Both the position numbers and the translations under genes were made by a program. This document shows positions 25,919 to 39,433 of a DNA stretch of 64,000 bases, one piece after another. The notes below the pieces were generated by a model. It saw only the letters and a list, made by a program, of their open reading frames with translations. It did no database searches and was not told the DNA's origin. Position 1 is the stretch's first letter, and each line of letters opens with the position of its first letter. Source of the DNA: Camelus ferus (taxonomy: Eukaryota); NCBI RefSeq assembly GCF_009834535.1, contig NC_045696.1, positions 69,442,001-69,506,000 on the forward strand, written 5' to 3'.

Positions 25919-26759
25919 GTAAGTCTTTCGGGGAGGAGTGGGGAATACCTCGTCCTTGGAGGGAGGGGGGAGTCTGACTAGCAGTTTAAATGCTTTTAAG
26001 TAGATCTTGTCTGCCTCCTTTTCCAGGGCCCCTGCCACTCAGTGTGCTGGGATTTTGATGCTAGATGAGGGTTCGTAGTTCACTTGCTCTGAAACAGGGC
26101 AGATCATGACTTCAGACAGCTCCTTAGACGTTTACTTCTGATGGGTCTGCCTAGCCAGAGAGGGGGAAAGGAGAAAGAATACAGTGGGGGGTTGTGTATG
26201 CGCACATGTCGGCTAACACTGTTTTGAAGATCTGTTTGCCAGGCACCTGCTTTATTGCATGTTTCACTGAGCCTTTGCAGTCACACCATTTCACACATGG
26301 AGGAGCTGAGACTTTAAGAGGTTGTATATCACCGTGTGACTGGTGAAACTGGGGATTCAGTCCAGAACTGTCCAACCTCAAAGCTGCTGCTCTTTTCCAC
26401 ACCAAGAGAGAAAGCAATGATCTGTCTTGAGGTGCCTGGACTAAGGTTTGCCTCCATGTAAAGGCTTCACTTTGGTTGTTCACAATGGAATGACCAAAGC
26501 TGTGCTCCCAGTGGGGCCGCCATCATGGTACCTGGCTGCCAGTGCACCCACTCCTGGGCCATGGCTGACATGGAACCTTCTCTGGCCCATTTATCAGTGG
26601 GAATCCATTCCTCTGTTGGCAGGTTATTGACAGGCACAGGCCCAAGGGCAGGCACTCCTAGGAAAACTGGAAGGAGCAAAGATTACCCTCCTTGATCTTT
26701 GTTCTCAGATCCAGTACAAATTCCCTGGACACTATCGACCCAAGCTGGGTCAGGCACTA

Positions 26760-26995
26760 AGCATATTGGTTAAGAATCTGGACTTTAGAGACAGACTTCC
26801 TGGGTTTTATGCCCAGCTCTGACAATCTCTATCTCTATAACCTTGGGTATGTTTGAACAATATCTCTGAGCCTCAGTTTCCCCATCTGTAACATGAGATG
26901 ACAATAAGTGTTGATATGAAGGTTAAGTGAGTTATGTGTGTAAAATGCTTAGAATAGTAGCTGGAGCATTGTAAATGTTCGATAAATATTAGCAG
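26760..26995 (+). mobile_element. MIR SINE, near full length
   Basis: tggttaagaatctggacttt...tctctgagcctcagtttccccatctgtaa...gtaaaatgcttagaatagt. Confidence 0.8.
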
Positions 26996-27535
26996 TTTTA
27001 TTCAGGCCACCCTCCAAAAGTACACCCTACTGTTACCTTGTCATGTCTGCCAAGATCTCCTTCAGTCTGCACCCTCAGTCTCCAGATGTATCAGTTGGGC
27101 ATTCTCTTCTCATGGGAGGACTTTTAAATACTGTCTCCCTCCCAGGTTGGTCTTGGAGCTTCAAATACAGAGACTCAGAGAAACAGGCCTTAATTCCTGT
27201 GCATTATTGTTTGGAAAATATTGATATACATTAGTGAATTCCAGCTCTTGGGATGTGCTCAGGGGATAAAAAATGCAGTTTTATTGTATCTGACTATATA
27301 TATCCTATGTATATGTATACACATACATACATGCATACATACATGGAAGTATAGATAAGAGATAATACAACTGAGTGAGAATTAATTGTAACAGGAATCT
27401 AAGATGCAAGAATTTCTTCAAGTGGATAATAGATATTGTTCTAATCTTTTTTCCAGTCATGGCAAAAAGGACAACTAGAGGATTATAGAGTTCTCAGTGT
27501 ACAACTGAAGAACTGGTGAGATCAAAAGTTCACTC

Positions 27536-27657
27536 GGGAGGGTGGGTATAGCTCAGTGGTAGAGTGCATGCTTAGCATACATGAAGTCCTGGGTTCAATC
27601 TTCAGTACCTCTATTTAAAAAAAAAAAAAAGCAAGAAGGACATTTAGATTTAAAAGG
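27536..27657 (+). mobile_element. tRNA-Ala-derived SINE (camelid Vic-1-like)
   Basis: A box TAGCTCAGTGG, B box GGTTCAATC, AGC anticodon-like loop, A14 tract, and a 12-bp TSD (aaaagttcactc / aaaaattcactc). Confidence 0.85.
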
Positions 27658-29715
27658 AAAAATTCACTCCAGATGGAAAGCAGAACAAGGTTGGGAAAGG
27701 AGAATTGCCTCTGGACCATAAGCTTAGCAAATACCAGGCTTCTCATAGAGCTCCAGAAAGCAAGGACTGAGAGCATCGGTGCCTTCTGGAGGCCTTCAGG
27801 GACACTGCAAGACTCTACAAAGTATAGGCTCACCCACCCCTCTGCCCAGCATCTCACCCAGACATGCTAGGTCCATGGCCCCTTGGTTAAATGGATTAAA
27901 GTTATAAGTCTTAAATCTTATGTGGAATAGAGGAGGCGTGTTATGACATAAATCATTCTCATGGTGGAAAGAAAAAGGTCAAACTGGAAGCTTTGAGATT
28001 CTAAATTCTCAGCAAGAAAATCAACTGTGAAAAGTGTCTGGACCCAAATTCTTTGCGCAGAGACCTTCTAAGTGTCTGGAACTTCAAGAGGAACCTGAGA
28101 GAAGTTATTCTGCATCCCCTGAGGTTCCAAGTTGTCTGGGCAGGATTTTTTTTTAGTGATTGAAGTTTCTAAGATACCAAGGAAGGACTTAGTGGGGATG
28201 TGACAGTTGAGAAAAAGTAATCTATGATGATAATAGGCCTTGGCTGTGCTTGTATCTGTATCATTCTGGGTCTGAGAGCAACTTCCAGAGACTTCCTCGC
28301 ACTGTTTTCCTATGCATGGGAGTGTCAGTCTCATGTGGTCTAGTCATGAAAGGGCAGTTACCTGACTCCTGGCCCAGGGAGGTGTATAGCATTTTTTAAT
28401 CTTCTTCTGTGACTTGAGATTTAAAGTAGAAAATCCTTCTCCTGTTAGGCCATCTTCCACGGATGTCTTAATTAGACACCCCTGTTCACCAGAAGCAAGA
28501 ATGTAGGGACAGGTGGACACCACAGGGAGGGGCCTCTGTCAGCAAGGAAGAGCCAAGTTCTGGAGTCACCTTAGATCAGGCCATCTGTTGAAAATACCAC
28601 CCTTTTCCTGTTGCCCAAGTGGAAACCAGAGGAAGAAACTAGATTCTCTTTTGATGGGGCCTGTTTAGGCCTATCAGATCAATCTCCAAGCTCCGATCAA
28701 AACAGCCCACTGTAAGAAATAATTGGATCCATAAACACAGCATAGAGGGACTTTCACTGAGTTCAGACATCAGCTCAGAGACTTGAGCAGTCTGTCATTG
28801 TCAGGATTTCAGCTCAGGAAAAGCTGAATTCACCCTTCCCTGAATGCCCAGGACAAAGTGGGACAAACAATGTGAACTTCATCCTCCTGGTTTTTCAGTT
28901 CTTCAGACTGTTGAGATGTTTCAGCAACTTGGAAGATATAGAGTCTTGAGGAAAGTCCCTCAAGTTTTTCCTTATTTTTTCCTAATTATAAAAGTAACCC
29001 AATGTAAAAAATTTGAAGGGTACAAAAAAACTAAAGAAACAACAAAATCACCTATAATCTACCAGTGCAATTATGCATGCATATGCACACATGTATCCTT
29101 GTAGGTTTTTTCCCATAATTTTTTTACAGGATTAGAATCAGACTGTATACATATAATTTTGGATCTAGCTTTGTTTTTCATTTCACATTATATTCACATT
29201 TTTCATGTCATTCAAGACTTTTGGTGACTATCAACTTTAATGCAAGTCTGTCTTTTAATAGATGAGAAAACTGAGGTTGGGTGTGGCGAGTAAGCCTACT
29301 TGGGCAAGATCACACATCATTTAGCACAAACCCAGTTTTCTGCCTCTATCTTGGTGCTCTTTCCACTAAGCCATACAGCCCAACTGGAAAGCAAGAAGTA
29401 ATATAGAGACTTTGTGTCTAGAAGGTGTTAGTCTTTTATTACTGCGGGACCCTGAAGGATGTTGGCACCTGATAGAACCTCTTCTCTGGAAGAGGGTGGT
29501 CCCTGAGGAATGTGCTCAGATGACTGTAGCTTAGGGGTATTTCACACAGGGCAGCATGAGGAGGTGGGACACCAGTGAGACTATGTGCCACTCTGTCTTT
29601 CTGGGCCCAGCAGTTCCACTGCTGGACTGAACAGTAGACCTCAACAAAGGCTAGAACAATGGCTCAAGATCCAGTCACAGCTCTGGTAACCAAAGGATCT
29701 TTGGAAAAGAACGGC

Positions 29716-31410
29716 AATCTCTAGGTCCATCCATGTTGCTGCAAATGGCATTATTTAATTATTTTTTATGACTTAAGTAGTATTCCTCTGTGTGTGTGTG
29801 CGCACGCACGTGTGCGCGCGCATGCGCACATGGGTGCCTATACACACCACGACATCTTTATCCATTCATCTGTCAATGGATATTTAGGCTGCTTCCATGT
29901 CTTGGCTATCGTAAATAGTGTTTCCATGAACATTGGGGTGCATGTATCTTTTCTAATTACAGCTTTCATATTTTCTGGATATATGCCCAGGAGTGGAATT
30001 GCTGGATCATATTACTCTATTTTTAGTTTTTTAGGGAGCCTCCATACCATTCTCCATAGAGACTTCACCAGTTCACATTCCCAACAGTGTAGGAGTTCCC
30101 TTTTCTCCACACCCTCTCCAGCATTTATTATTTGTAGATTTTTCAATGAAGGCATCCTGACTGGTATGAGGTGGTGGTACCTCACTATAATTTTGACTTC
30201 CATTTCTCTAATAATTAGCAATAATCTGTTCATGTGCCTGTTGGCTATCTGTATATCTTCTTTGGAGAAATGTCTATTTAGGTCTTCTGCCCATTTTTGA
30301 TTGAGTTTATTTTTTGTTATGGAATTCTATTAGCTTTTTGTATATTTTGGAAATTAAGCCCTTGCTGACACATAGTTTGCAAACATTTTCTCCCAGTCCA
30401 TAGGCTGTCTTTTAGTTTTGTTTATGGTTTCCTCTGCTGTGCAAAAGTTTTTAAATTTGATTAGGTCTCATTTGTTTACTTTTGCTTTTATGTCTATCGC
30501 CTTGGGAGACTGAAGTGAAAAAACATTGCTACAATTTGTGTCAGAGAATGTTTCGCCTATGTTCTCTTCTGGTTTTATGGTGTCATGACATATTTAAGTC
30601 TTTAAGTTGTTTTGAGTTTATTTTTGTATATGGTGTGAGAGTGTTCTAACTTCATTGATTTACATGCAGCTGTCCAGCTTTCCCAACACTGCTTGCTGAA
30701 GAGATTGTCTTTTCACCATTGTGTATTCTTCTCTACCTTGCAGAAGATTAATTGACCACAGGTGTATGAGTTTATTTCTGGGCTCTCTATTCTGTTCCAT
30801 TGATCTATATGTCTGTTTTTGTGCCAATATCATTATGTTTTGATTACTGTAGCTCTTTAGTATTATCTGAAGTCTGGGAGGGTTAATCCTCCAGCTTTGT
30901 TCTTTATTCTCAGAATTGCTTTGGCAAGTCTGGGTCTTTTGTGGTTCCGTATAAATTTTAGGATTATTTGTTCTAGTTCTGTGAAAAATGTCATGGGTAG
31001 TTTGATAGGGATCACATTAAATCTGTAGATTCCTTTGGTAGTAGGCCGTTTTAACAATGTTAAGTCTTCCAATTTAAGAGCATGGCATATCTTTCCATTT
31101 CTTTGAATCATCTTCAGTTTCCTTTATCAGTGTTTTATAGTTCTCAGTGTATAGGTCTTTCAACTCCTGGTTAGGTTTATTCCTAGGTTTGTTTTTGTTT
31201 TTGTTTTTGTTTTTGTTTTGACATGATTTTAAATGGGATTTTTTTTTTTTTTTTACTTTCTCTTTCTGAGATTAGTGTAAAGAAATGCAACAGCTTTATG
31301 TGTATTAATCTTGTATGCTGCTACCTTGCTGAATTCATTTATTCTAATAGTTTTTGTGTGGAGTCTTCAGGTTCTATATAGAACATTACGTCATCAGCAT
31401 ATAATGACTT
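29716..31410 (-). mobile_element. LINE-1 fragment (~1.7 kb): decayed ORF2 C-terminus and part of the 3' UTR
   Basis: Minus-strand ORFs give L1 ORF2 peptides ([27 protein letters not shown]...[22 protein letters not shown]), with frameshifts. Confidence 0.92.
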
Positions 31411-31419
31411 TTGTTTTAA

Positions 31420-31910
31420 AATACCTTTGTTAAAACACAGTTGACATAAAATGAATTGCACATGTTTAAAATGTACAATTAATAAGTTTTTATCTCCATA
31501 TACACCCATAAAATCAGCACCACATCATTATAATGAAGATATCCGCCAGCCCCAAAAGTTTCCCATTTATAATCCCTTTCTCCCAGCCTCCCTACCCACC
31601 CACCTCCATCTCCGTACAGCCACTGATCTGCTTGCTGTCACTGTTGACTAGATTACATTTTCTAGATTTTATATAAGAAGAATGATACAGTATGTACTTT
31701 TTTCATGTGACTTCTTTCACTCAGCATAATAATTTTAAAATTCATCCATATTGTTGCGTGTATCATAATTAACATATTTTATTGCTGATTAGTATTTCAG
31801 TATATAGGTAGATATTCCACAGTTTGTTTACCCATTCACCTATTGATGGACATTAGGGTTGTTTCCAGTTTGGGGCTGGAATATGAATGAAATAAAATAT
31901 GAATATTGTT
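31420..31910 (-). mobile_element. Older L1M (L1MB/L1ME-like) 3' end
   Basis: ttctttcactcagcataat..ttcatccatattgttgcgtgtatc; cccattcacctattgatggacatt.ggttgtttccagtttggggct. Confidence 0.75.
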
Positions 31911-33276
31911 CATATTTTCTTGCTTCTTTGCAATATTTTATTGAATGCCAGACATTGAAAATTTTACATTGTTGTTTAATAGATGTTATATCTTTTTGCA
32001 ACCCACTGAGGGTCTTGTCCAGTAGGAAGTTATTTCCAAAGGCCTGATCCTTTGAGACTTTAGGATGAAGCTGCCTTTTCCTTGTTCTGCAGCTCTGTTT
32101 CATGGCTTCCATCCTGGTCTCCTCACAGGGCCCTTTGTAACACACAGGGTGTGCCAATGACCTTTGGTCTCCCCCACGGTCCATCTGGGTGATGGCCAGC
32201 TCCCGTCTCAGACCACAGCCTTACCCCTCGGACCTGGTAGGCTTTCATTTAGCACAGCTCTGTCAGCCTGCAGTGACTGTTTGCCATTGCTTGGCACTTT
32301 GGTTCTCTGAATGAAGAGTGTACTGGTGGCATTGCCTTCCCCAGTAGGCATTATTGTCCAGACTGTCTCTCCCTCTGCCTGTGACTTCAGCACTATTACT
32401 TGGTGGTGCAATACTTAGGTTGGATTTTCCACTGCCAGTCAATCTTCTTTTCACTGTTTCCTGTGTTTTCTGTGAGTTGAACCTCTTGTTTGATATTGAG
32501 ATCATTTCTGATGGACATGGGTATTGTCAGGCTGGGGAGAGAGAGGGAGCTCTTAAAGTGCCTCAAAAAAATATACTGTACACAGTAAAATATAGGTGCC
32601 TGGTTTTCTGGTTGGTAATAATGTCGTATTTCTTAACCAGAGGAAAGAGACAGTTTCCCTACCTATGAGAAGGAAAATTTCAGAGGGAAAACTTACTCTA
32701 TTCCTATGGTATGATAACCTGCTTTCTTTATACACTGATTAGGCTTTCAATAAGACAAAATTCTTCCTAGTTTACAGAAATTAATTGATTATCAATCCCA
32801 GTTTTCTCTTCTGAACTTTCATCTTTTTATTTATCTTTAAATACATTAGAGAAGAAAATTGTGAGAAGGGGTATATTGGCAAATAACCAATAGTCTGAAT
32901 TTTTGGAATCCCAGCCAAAAATACCTCTATAGATGGGGTGTGTTCCCCCCCCCCAAATTAGGCTAAATGACATTAGCTATTAGCTATTGACATTATTAAG
33001 AATCACTATCATCTTTTCTGAAAATGTACACAGCATAGGTGAATTTCTTATAAAGCCATAGACTCTTAAAAAGACTCAGAATGGGCTTCATTCAGAGAAT
33101 ATGTACTCTACAAACTGGATTTCTAGGGCCACCAATTTGACTGTATCTATGTAACCGACGCTTTTGAAGACACTTATAGAAAATTCTTGCCTCTGCCATG
33201 AAAAGGATGGGGCAACAAAGGGTTTCATATTTACTAAACATTGTGTCCTTAGATGCTTTCCTTTTGCTTGTTGCAG

Positions 33277-33447
33277 AATCAAAGATGACCGAGAAGCAAG
33301 TGCCAGCTAAAGACCAAGCGGCTGCGACCCCTCTGGGAAACCCTGTTGTTCAGTCTCCAGGCTCAGAATCCCCCACAGTGTACCTGAAGGACGTCGTGTG
33401 TTACCTGTCCCTGCTGGAGACGGGGAGACCTCAGGATAAGCTAGAGT
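33277..33447 (+). CDS. DGKG: DGK gamma exon 6; (E)SKMTEKQVPAKDQAAATPLGNPVVQSPGSESPTVYLKDVVCYLSLLETGRPQDKLE
   Basis: ttgcag|AA ... GAGT|GTACGT; 171 nt; contains the conserved VYLKDVVCYLSLLE motif; overlaps ORF 33198..33488. Confidence 0.96.
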
Positions 33448-34619
33448 GTACGTATGCACCCTGTCAAGGGGCTTTGACTGTTTCCTAGAGGAAGAGCTAG
33501 TGTCCTGTCCATCATTCTAAACGTGCTGGAGATTGATCTGGGATCCAGAGGTAGGTCCTGCCTCCAGTGGGGGAGGTTTTCTGCCCTGTCACCAGCAGTA
33601 ACATGTATATTTCCTAGAATCTGCCTTGGGACACAGTAGCTGTTGTATAGTGTGGGAAGTGCATTTGAAATCTTGGTATTGAAAACCAGGAGCTGGAAAA
33701 GGAAGGGGTCTCTGCAAAGGGTGAACACTCCCTTTCTTTGCTGGCAGGATTTCTGGAAAGCCTCCAATCAGAAAGCTGCTGCCTCCTCTTAGCAGATTTT
33801 TCAAGGGAGGATTTTCAACTTCTGTCTTCCTTCCCCTATTCCATGTCCAAGCAACACTTGAAATATGAGGAATCCATATTTTTTTTTCTTGAGATCTCAT
33901 CAACCTCTATCTTGTTAAAGCTTATTTCCAATTCTTCACCCACCTGCCTCTCCACCCCAAGTGTTGTGGCCTCTAGAGAATGAGGGCTAGTTAAATATGG
34001 GAGTCGAGCTGAGTTTCAAAAGCATGTCTTCAGGAGGAGAATAATAACTGGGGGCAGAAAGGAAAGCCTATAGTGACTGAAACAGCCCGCAGTCTTGGAC
34101 ATGAGTCACTTCAGGGATGGTCTCACTGGCCTCTGTGAGCCTGCAGGCAAACTTTTTATAACATGATGGGACCTTGTTAAAAAATAGATACTGTTTTGGC
34201 TTCTCTTGGGATCTTAGTAGACACTGAGGGGAAAGCATATATATTATAGAAAAAGTCAAAATTCCAGCTAACACGCAGACGAGTCAACAAATCTTAAGCA
34301 GTAGCAAGGAAAAATCTGGCAAAGGTTAACCCTTGCCAAAACCAAAATGAAACAGTTTGCTCACTAGCCAAGCTTAAAGGCTCCCCCATAGATGTCAGGT
34401 GTTAACAATTGCAGGTCTTAACTGCTAATTTGGAAGCAGATGTACCAGGTTTCTGGCTAATGTTAAAAGTGAAATGTCATATTATTTCCCACATTCAGTT
34501 AGATTTGGGGTTTCAGGTGTGATATTTGTTCATAACTATGGGAGAGGATGTGGCAGATTCTTCATAGTAGTGCCTTGCAGTCTGAGTCTTGTCATGGCAA
34601 TAAAAAGAAACTGCATTTT

Positions 34620-35105
34620 TTAGAGCTTTTTATTGTGGAAAATTTCAAACATAGACAAAAGTAGAGAGTACAATGAACTTCCATGTACTTGTCAGCCACC
34701 GTCAACAATTACCAGCTTATAGTCAGTCAAGTTTTTTTATACCTCCCACTCCTTCCCTCTGCCCCAGATTGTTTTGAAGCAAATTCCAAACATCATATAA
34801 TTTCATCTGTAAATATTTCAGTACGTACCTCTAAAATATAACTTTTTCTTAAATAGAACCACAGTACCATGGTCACATCTGAAGAAAAGGATTCCTTACA
34901 GTTAGCAAATATTCAGTCAGGATTCATTATTTTCCCATAGTTGGGAAACAATTCAAACATTGTTTGTTTGAGTCAGGATCCAAGTAAGGTCCAGGCATTG
35001 CTACTGGTTACTGTGTCTCTTCAGTCTCTTTTAATCTTTTGCTTATTTTTTTTCCTTACAATTTTTTGTTGCAGAAGCTTGGTCATTTGTCTTGTAAAGT
35101 TTTCT
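34620..35105 (-). mobile_element. L1MC4/5-like 3' end
   Basis: tttttattgtggaaaatttcaaacatagacaaaagtagagag...ttttgaagcaaattccaaacatcatataatttcatctgtaaatatttcag. Confidence 0.7.
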
Positions 35106-35954
35106 TTGTTTTTTTTTTAATTAAACCAAATAAATCCAAATCCTCCCTGATTTTAGTGATCAAAAACAAATTAAGCTTTAAAAAAAAATAACCAAACATG
35201 TATTTTTGGGGAAATGATGGCCTGAAATCCTACCTATCATCAATGTAAATAATAATAATAACTCATCATTGAACACCTTATTTTTGCTAAGCACTTTAAA
35301 TGCATTATCTCATTAACCACAGACCATCAACATTCACAATAACCCTAGAAAGTCGACATGATTATTCTCATTTTACATATAAGAAAGCACATAAAAGTTA
35401 AATGACTTGCCCAAGGCCCTGGATGCTTATTCACGCATTCTCATTTTATCCCTCATGCACAGTAGGACATGCTAGAGCCACTGGGGCCCAGGGTCTGGGG
35501 GCATCACTAGGGCAAAGATCTGTCATTACATCATGCATCCACCTGTTTGGCGAGTTAGCCTTGTATGCCGAGTGTCTCTCACCCGGACACTCAGAGGAGT
35601 CACAAAGAATCTAAATCCCATGACCTTACTTTTAAACAACTTAAACTCCAACCAGAGACGCACCACTGAATAAACATGAAGTACAGAGATGCTACGGGGA
35701 CTCACACTCATGACCCAGATCTCATTAGCCACAGAGTTATTGCTTAGACAATTCCAGAAGGCAGGTGGCTTGGTTCTCCCTTTTCCCACCCTCTCTGTAA
35801 AGAAGTCAGACTCCTTGCCCTGGAGGGTGGGTGAGCTGGCTGCAACAGACTTCGCCCCAGTGATGGTCTGAACTGGAAACTGGCCGCAGCAAAGTCTCAG
35901 CCCATCCATGGTGCCTGAAGGACACCTCAAGCCTCACCTCTGTGTTTTTTGCAG

Positions 35955-36004
35955 TCATGTTTCGTCTCTATGATTCAGATGAGAACGGTCTCCTGGACCA
36001 AGCG
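35955..36004 (+). CDS. DGKG: DGK gamma exon 7; (F)MFRLYDSDENGLLDQA, EF-hand 1 loop
   Basis: ttttgcag|TC ... GCG|GTAAGC; 50 nt; DxDxNG EF-hand loop. Confidence 0.96.
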
Positions 36005-36884
36005 GTAAGCTCTCCAAATATCCCTCCAAGATCCAAGAAAGGCTGGGGGAGAGGGGAGCAGGTGAAGGGAGAGTCTGGTAAAGGGAAAACTCTCAGTTCC
36101 ATCTTCATAGGAATAGCAATGTCTCACTATGGGCCACAGAGATGAGTAGAACCCCCCAGATTCTAATTCTAAAGAGCCAGCCCGGAGAGATTGAACTCCA
36201 GGTTGCCTTTTCATTCCAGAAGCCCAAATGGCAAAATCTCAGATTGGGGAAATGAGATTTACTATCTCATCTAGTTTAACTTCCCAACTGGTTCAGAAAC
36301 CCCCCTGCAATTTCCTGCTGGAGGCCAGGGGCAGAGGGGAGGAGGTGGGGGGAGGCACTGAGACCAGGGCAGGAGGGCAGGAGGAAGGTAGGTAACAGCT
36401 GGTGTGCTTTGCCAACCCCCTTTGTCTTCCTCTCATACCCCGGGGGCACTAGTTCCAGGAGCCTGGCTCTGTCTGCTCTGAGCACAGGAGCCCCTCCCAC
36501 TGCACCTGGGAAAGCCTGGGTCTGGCCCACACCTCCCCTCAGGAGGAGGCAGGGATAGGTCAGGGGTCACGGGGTTAGAAGAAGGATGGAAAAGAAAGAA
36601 GGCAGAAAGGGGAGAAGGCAAATCGAACCAGATAGGCCCCGTCCTCGTGACTGGCAGTGTCAGAGATGGGGCTCATTAATGGAAAGGCTCTGAGGTTGAA
36701 GTGCCTGGGGCTGAGTCAGACCAGAGAAAGGAAGAAAGGGAACACATCCACTAGACCAGCCACACCGTCATCGTCCCAGTTCCTTCGGAACTCCAGAGCG
36801 TCTTTAAGGGATGCCTGCAGCCACAGGGCAGTGCTGTCAATGTTGGGTCATGTGAGGGAACCACCAGAGAATCACACTCTCGAG

Positions 36885-37645
36885 CATTTGATCAACACAT
36901 AATTATTGAGTTTCTAGTGTATGTCAGGCACTGTTCGAAGACCTGGGGATTTATCAGTAGCCAACGGAGAAAAATCCAGGCCCTCGTGGTGCTTTCCTTC
37001 TGGTGCAGACACACACACTGAAAAGTGTAGTAAAACATGTTAGATAGAGATGTGTGCTAGCGGAAAATAAAGGAGGGAGAGGAGACGTTGGGGGAGCTGC
37101 AGTTTAAGCTGGAGGAGCCAAGGAAGGTCTCCCTGAGGAGAGGACATCTGAACAGAGACTTTAAGGAAGTGAGAGGGTGAGTCACAGGGATGTCTAGAGA
37201 AAGCACCTTCCAGGCAGAGTGCAAAGGTCCTGAGGGGTGCCTGGAATGGTAGCAGATTAATTAGGAGGCCAGAGTGACTGGAGCAGAAGGACTAAACGAA
37301 TCAGGTCGGAGTGCATAATGGGAAATGAGATCAGAAAAGTAATGAGAAGGGGCATTTGCAAAGCATTATCAAGCCTTACAGGCGACTGAAAAGGTTTTCT
37401 CTCTTACTCTGGAGAAACAGAGAACCACTGCAGATTTTGAGCAGAGGAGTGATGTGGTTGACTTAGGTTCTAACCGATCGCTCTAGCTGCTGTGCTGAGT
37501 CTAGACTGTAGCGATGCAAGCAGGGATCCAGATAGGAGGCTATTAAAATAAACAAGACAAGAAATGATGGTAACTTAACACCGGGGTGGCAGCATTGCAG
37601 GTGGTAAGAAGTGGTTAAATTCTGGATCTGTTTGGAAGCTAACAT
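36885..37645 (-). mobile_element. L2 LINE 3' fragment
   Basis: Reverse L2 end (caacacataattattgag...tgtcaggcactgttc) and purine-rich body (ttttgagcagaggagtgatgtg). Confidence 0.8.
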
Positions 37646-39358
37646 TGGTGGACTGAAGTGAGTCTCAAAATAGTCCTCTCTTTCAACATCCCACCAAAAC
37701 TCCCTGGCGGTTGGATGCCCAGTCTGTTTGTTAACACTCCCAGTAACGGGGAGTTCATCCCCTACCTTAGAATAGCTGCTCCTCTGCTGTGGATGACTGT
37801 TAGAGAGGGCGTGCTCCCTGCCCAAGACGCATCTGTGGTCTGACAGGGAAATCTTCAATACAAAAACTGAGTATATCCTCCCCTCCCCGTCCCCCAACTC
37901 AATAGAGAGATCAAAATAGGCCAACCCTCAAATCCTCCTTCCCTCCATCCTCAGCTCACTTCTGCCCTCTGTGGCTGACCAGGACAGCTGACCGATAGAA
38001 TACCAATTCTATACAATAGGCATTCGCGTATTGGACAGTACTATCACATCTTCCCTAAAATCTTTTTCAAGCTCAAATTTCCTAATTCCTACACTGTTCC
38101 TAATAAAGCAGGCTTAACTATCCACTCTGGCCAAGCTCTGATTTGTCAATGCCATTCTTAATATAAGGCACAGGACTGAACCCACTCCTCCAAGACGCTT
38201 TAAGTATCCACATCTGGGGAACTAATTCTTCCTGAAACCTTCCCGCTCTGCTTCCTGAAAATGCCCGCCCATTTACACAGCCCGAGATTGAGTCTTATTC
38301 CTGAATCACATTGTTTTCTCACGTTGAATCTGGGACTTAACCAGATTCACAAGCTCTTTTCTGTTGGAACTTCTGCCAACCCCTATGCCCACCTCTCTGC
38401 CCACTTCCTTACCCCTGTCTACTGCCTCATCTGCAGTTTTGCAATGGGTTAGTTTCTAATTTAAATGAAATACAATTTTTAAAAATCCCTGTTAGGTTTT
38501 AGCATGCTTGTTTTGACCTAGCATTCTACCTCGTGGAAGAATTTAAACCTTGCTTCAGTTCTCCAATGTGTATCCCCAAATCAACCTTACTATGAACTAT
38601 CTTAGGTGGTGCCCAAGACATGCAAATGCTTCCTTGGTCCAGTATGTTTCAGTGGGACTCTCAGTGCACTGATTCATTAGCATCCAACAATTCTGTGAGA
38701 TTTTAGATGGAGCCTGGCCTTGGAACCAAACAAAAGGCTCACTCATTAGGCAAACATACCCTTCATGAATTTCCTGTTCCCAGAATCCTGGGCTCGGGGC
38801 TGGACATGATACAAAGGAAACAAAGGAGATGCCAAAAGGAATCTGAATCATAGTGCCTGAGAAGGGACCAACACAGTGGCCCTACATCCAACTGACACTG
38901 ACCCCTCAGGGGTAGAGATGGATCCCAAGTTGCTAAAGCTGTGAGAATGAGGTGTGGGGAAAGGGGGAGGAGAGAAGTGTCTTGGTTTGTAAGTATTTGT
39001 GGGAGCTACGATCACAAAGAAGGAGAAAACAGGAGTGCTTTCTATTCTAAGTGAAAGCACAGAATAGGGGAAGGAAGGTGGGTGCAGGTGGGTCCAGGAG
39101 GAGGTCAGTGTTCAGTGAGCTTTCTGCGGATCTCTGGCTCATCCACGGTCTGTGCTGCTTGTGAGCAGCTACTCTCTGCTGAGCTTTGTGGTCAAGGCAG
39201 AAATAAAGAGCAAAAACAGTGAGCTTGTGATGAAAGGCCAGTATCTGGCAGCAGCTGCTTCTCCCACCCCGCCCTGCCCATCTTCCCAAGGGGTTGGATT
39301 TTGAGTCTTGCTCTTGAAAACACATCTTCAGTTGGCTTCTCCCCTTGATGTTTTCTAG

Positions 39359-39433
39359 GAGATGGATCATATCGTCAACCAAATGCTGCACATTGCCCAG
39401 TATCTCGAGTGGGATCCCACGGAGCTAAGGCCT
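39359..39433 (+). CDS. DGKG: DGK gamma exon 8; EMDHIVNQMLHIAQYLEWDPTELRP
   Basis: ttttctag|GAG ... CCT|GTGAGT; 75 nt; phase 0-0. Confidence 0.96.

Noticed and set aside
27541..27612. tRNA-Ala(AGC) gene
   Set aside because: The acceptor and T stems are degenerate, and the poly(A) and TSD show it is a SINE. The same applies to the copy at 58586-58675.
24488..31410. L1 3' end at 24.5 kb and tail-less L1 at 29.7 kb as one split element
   Set aside because: Conserved exons 4 and 5 lie between them in normal order, so they are independent insertions.
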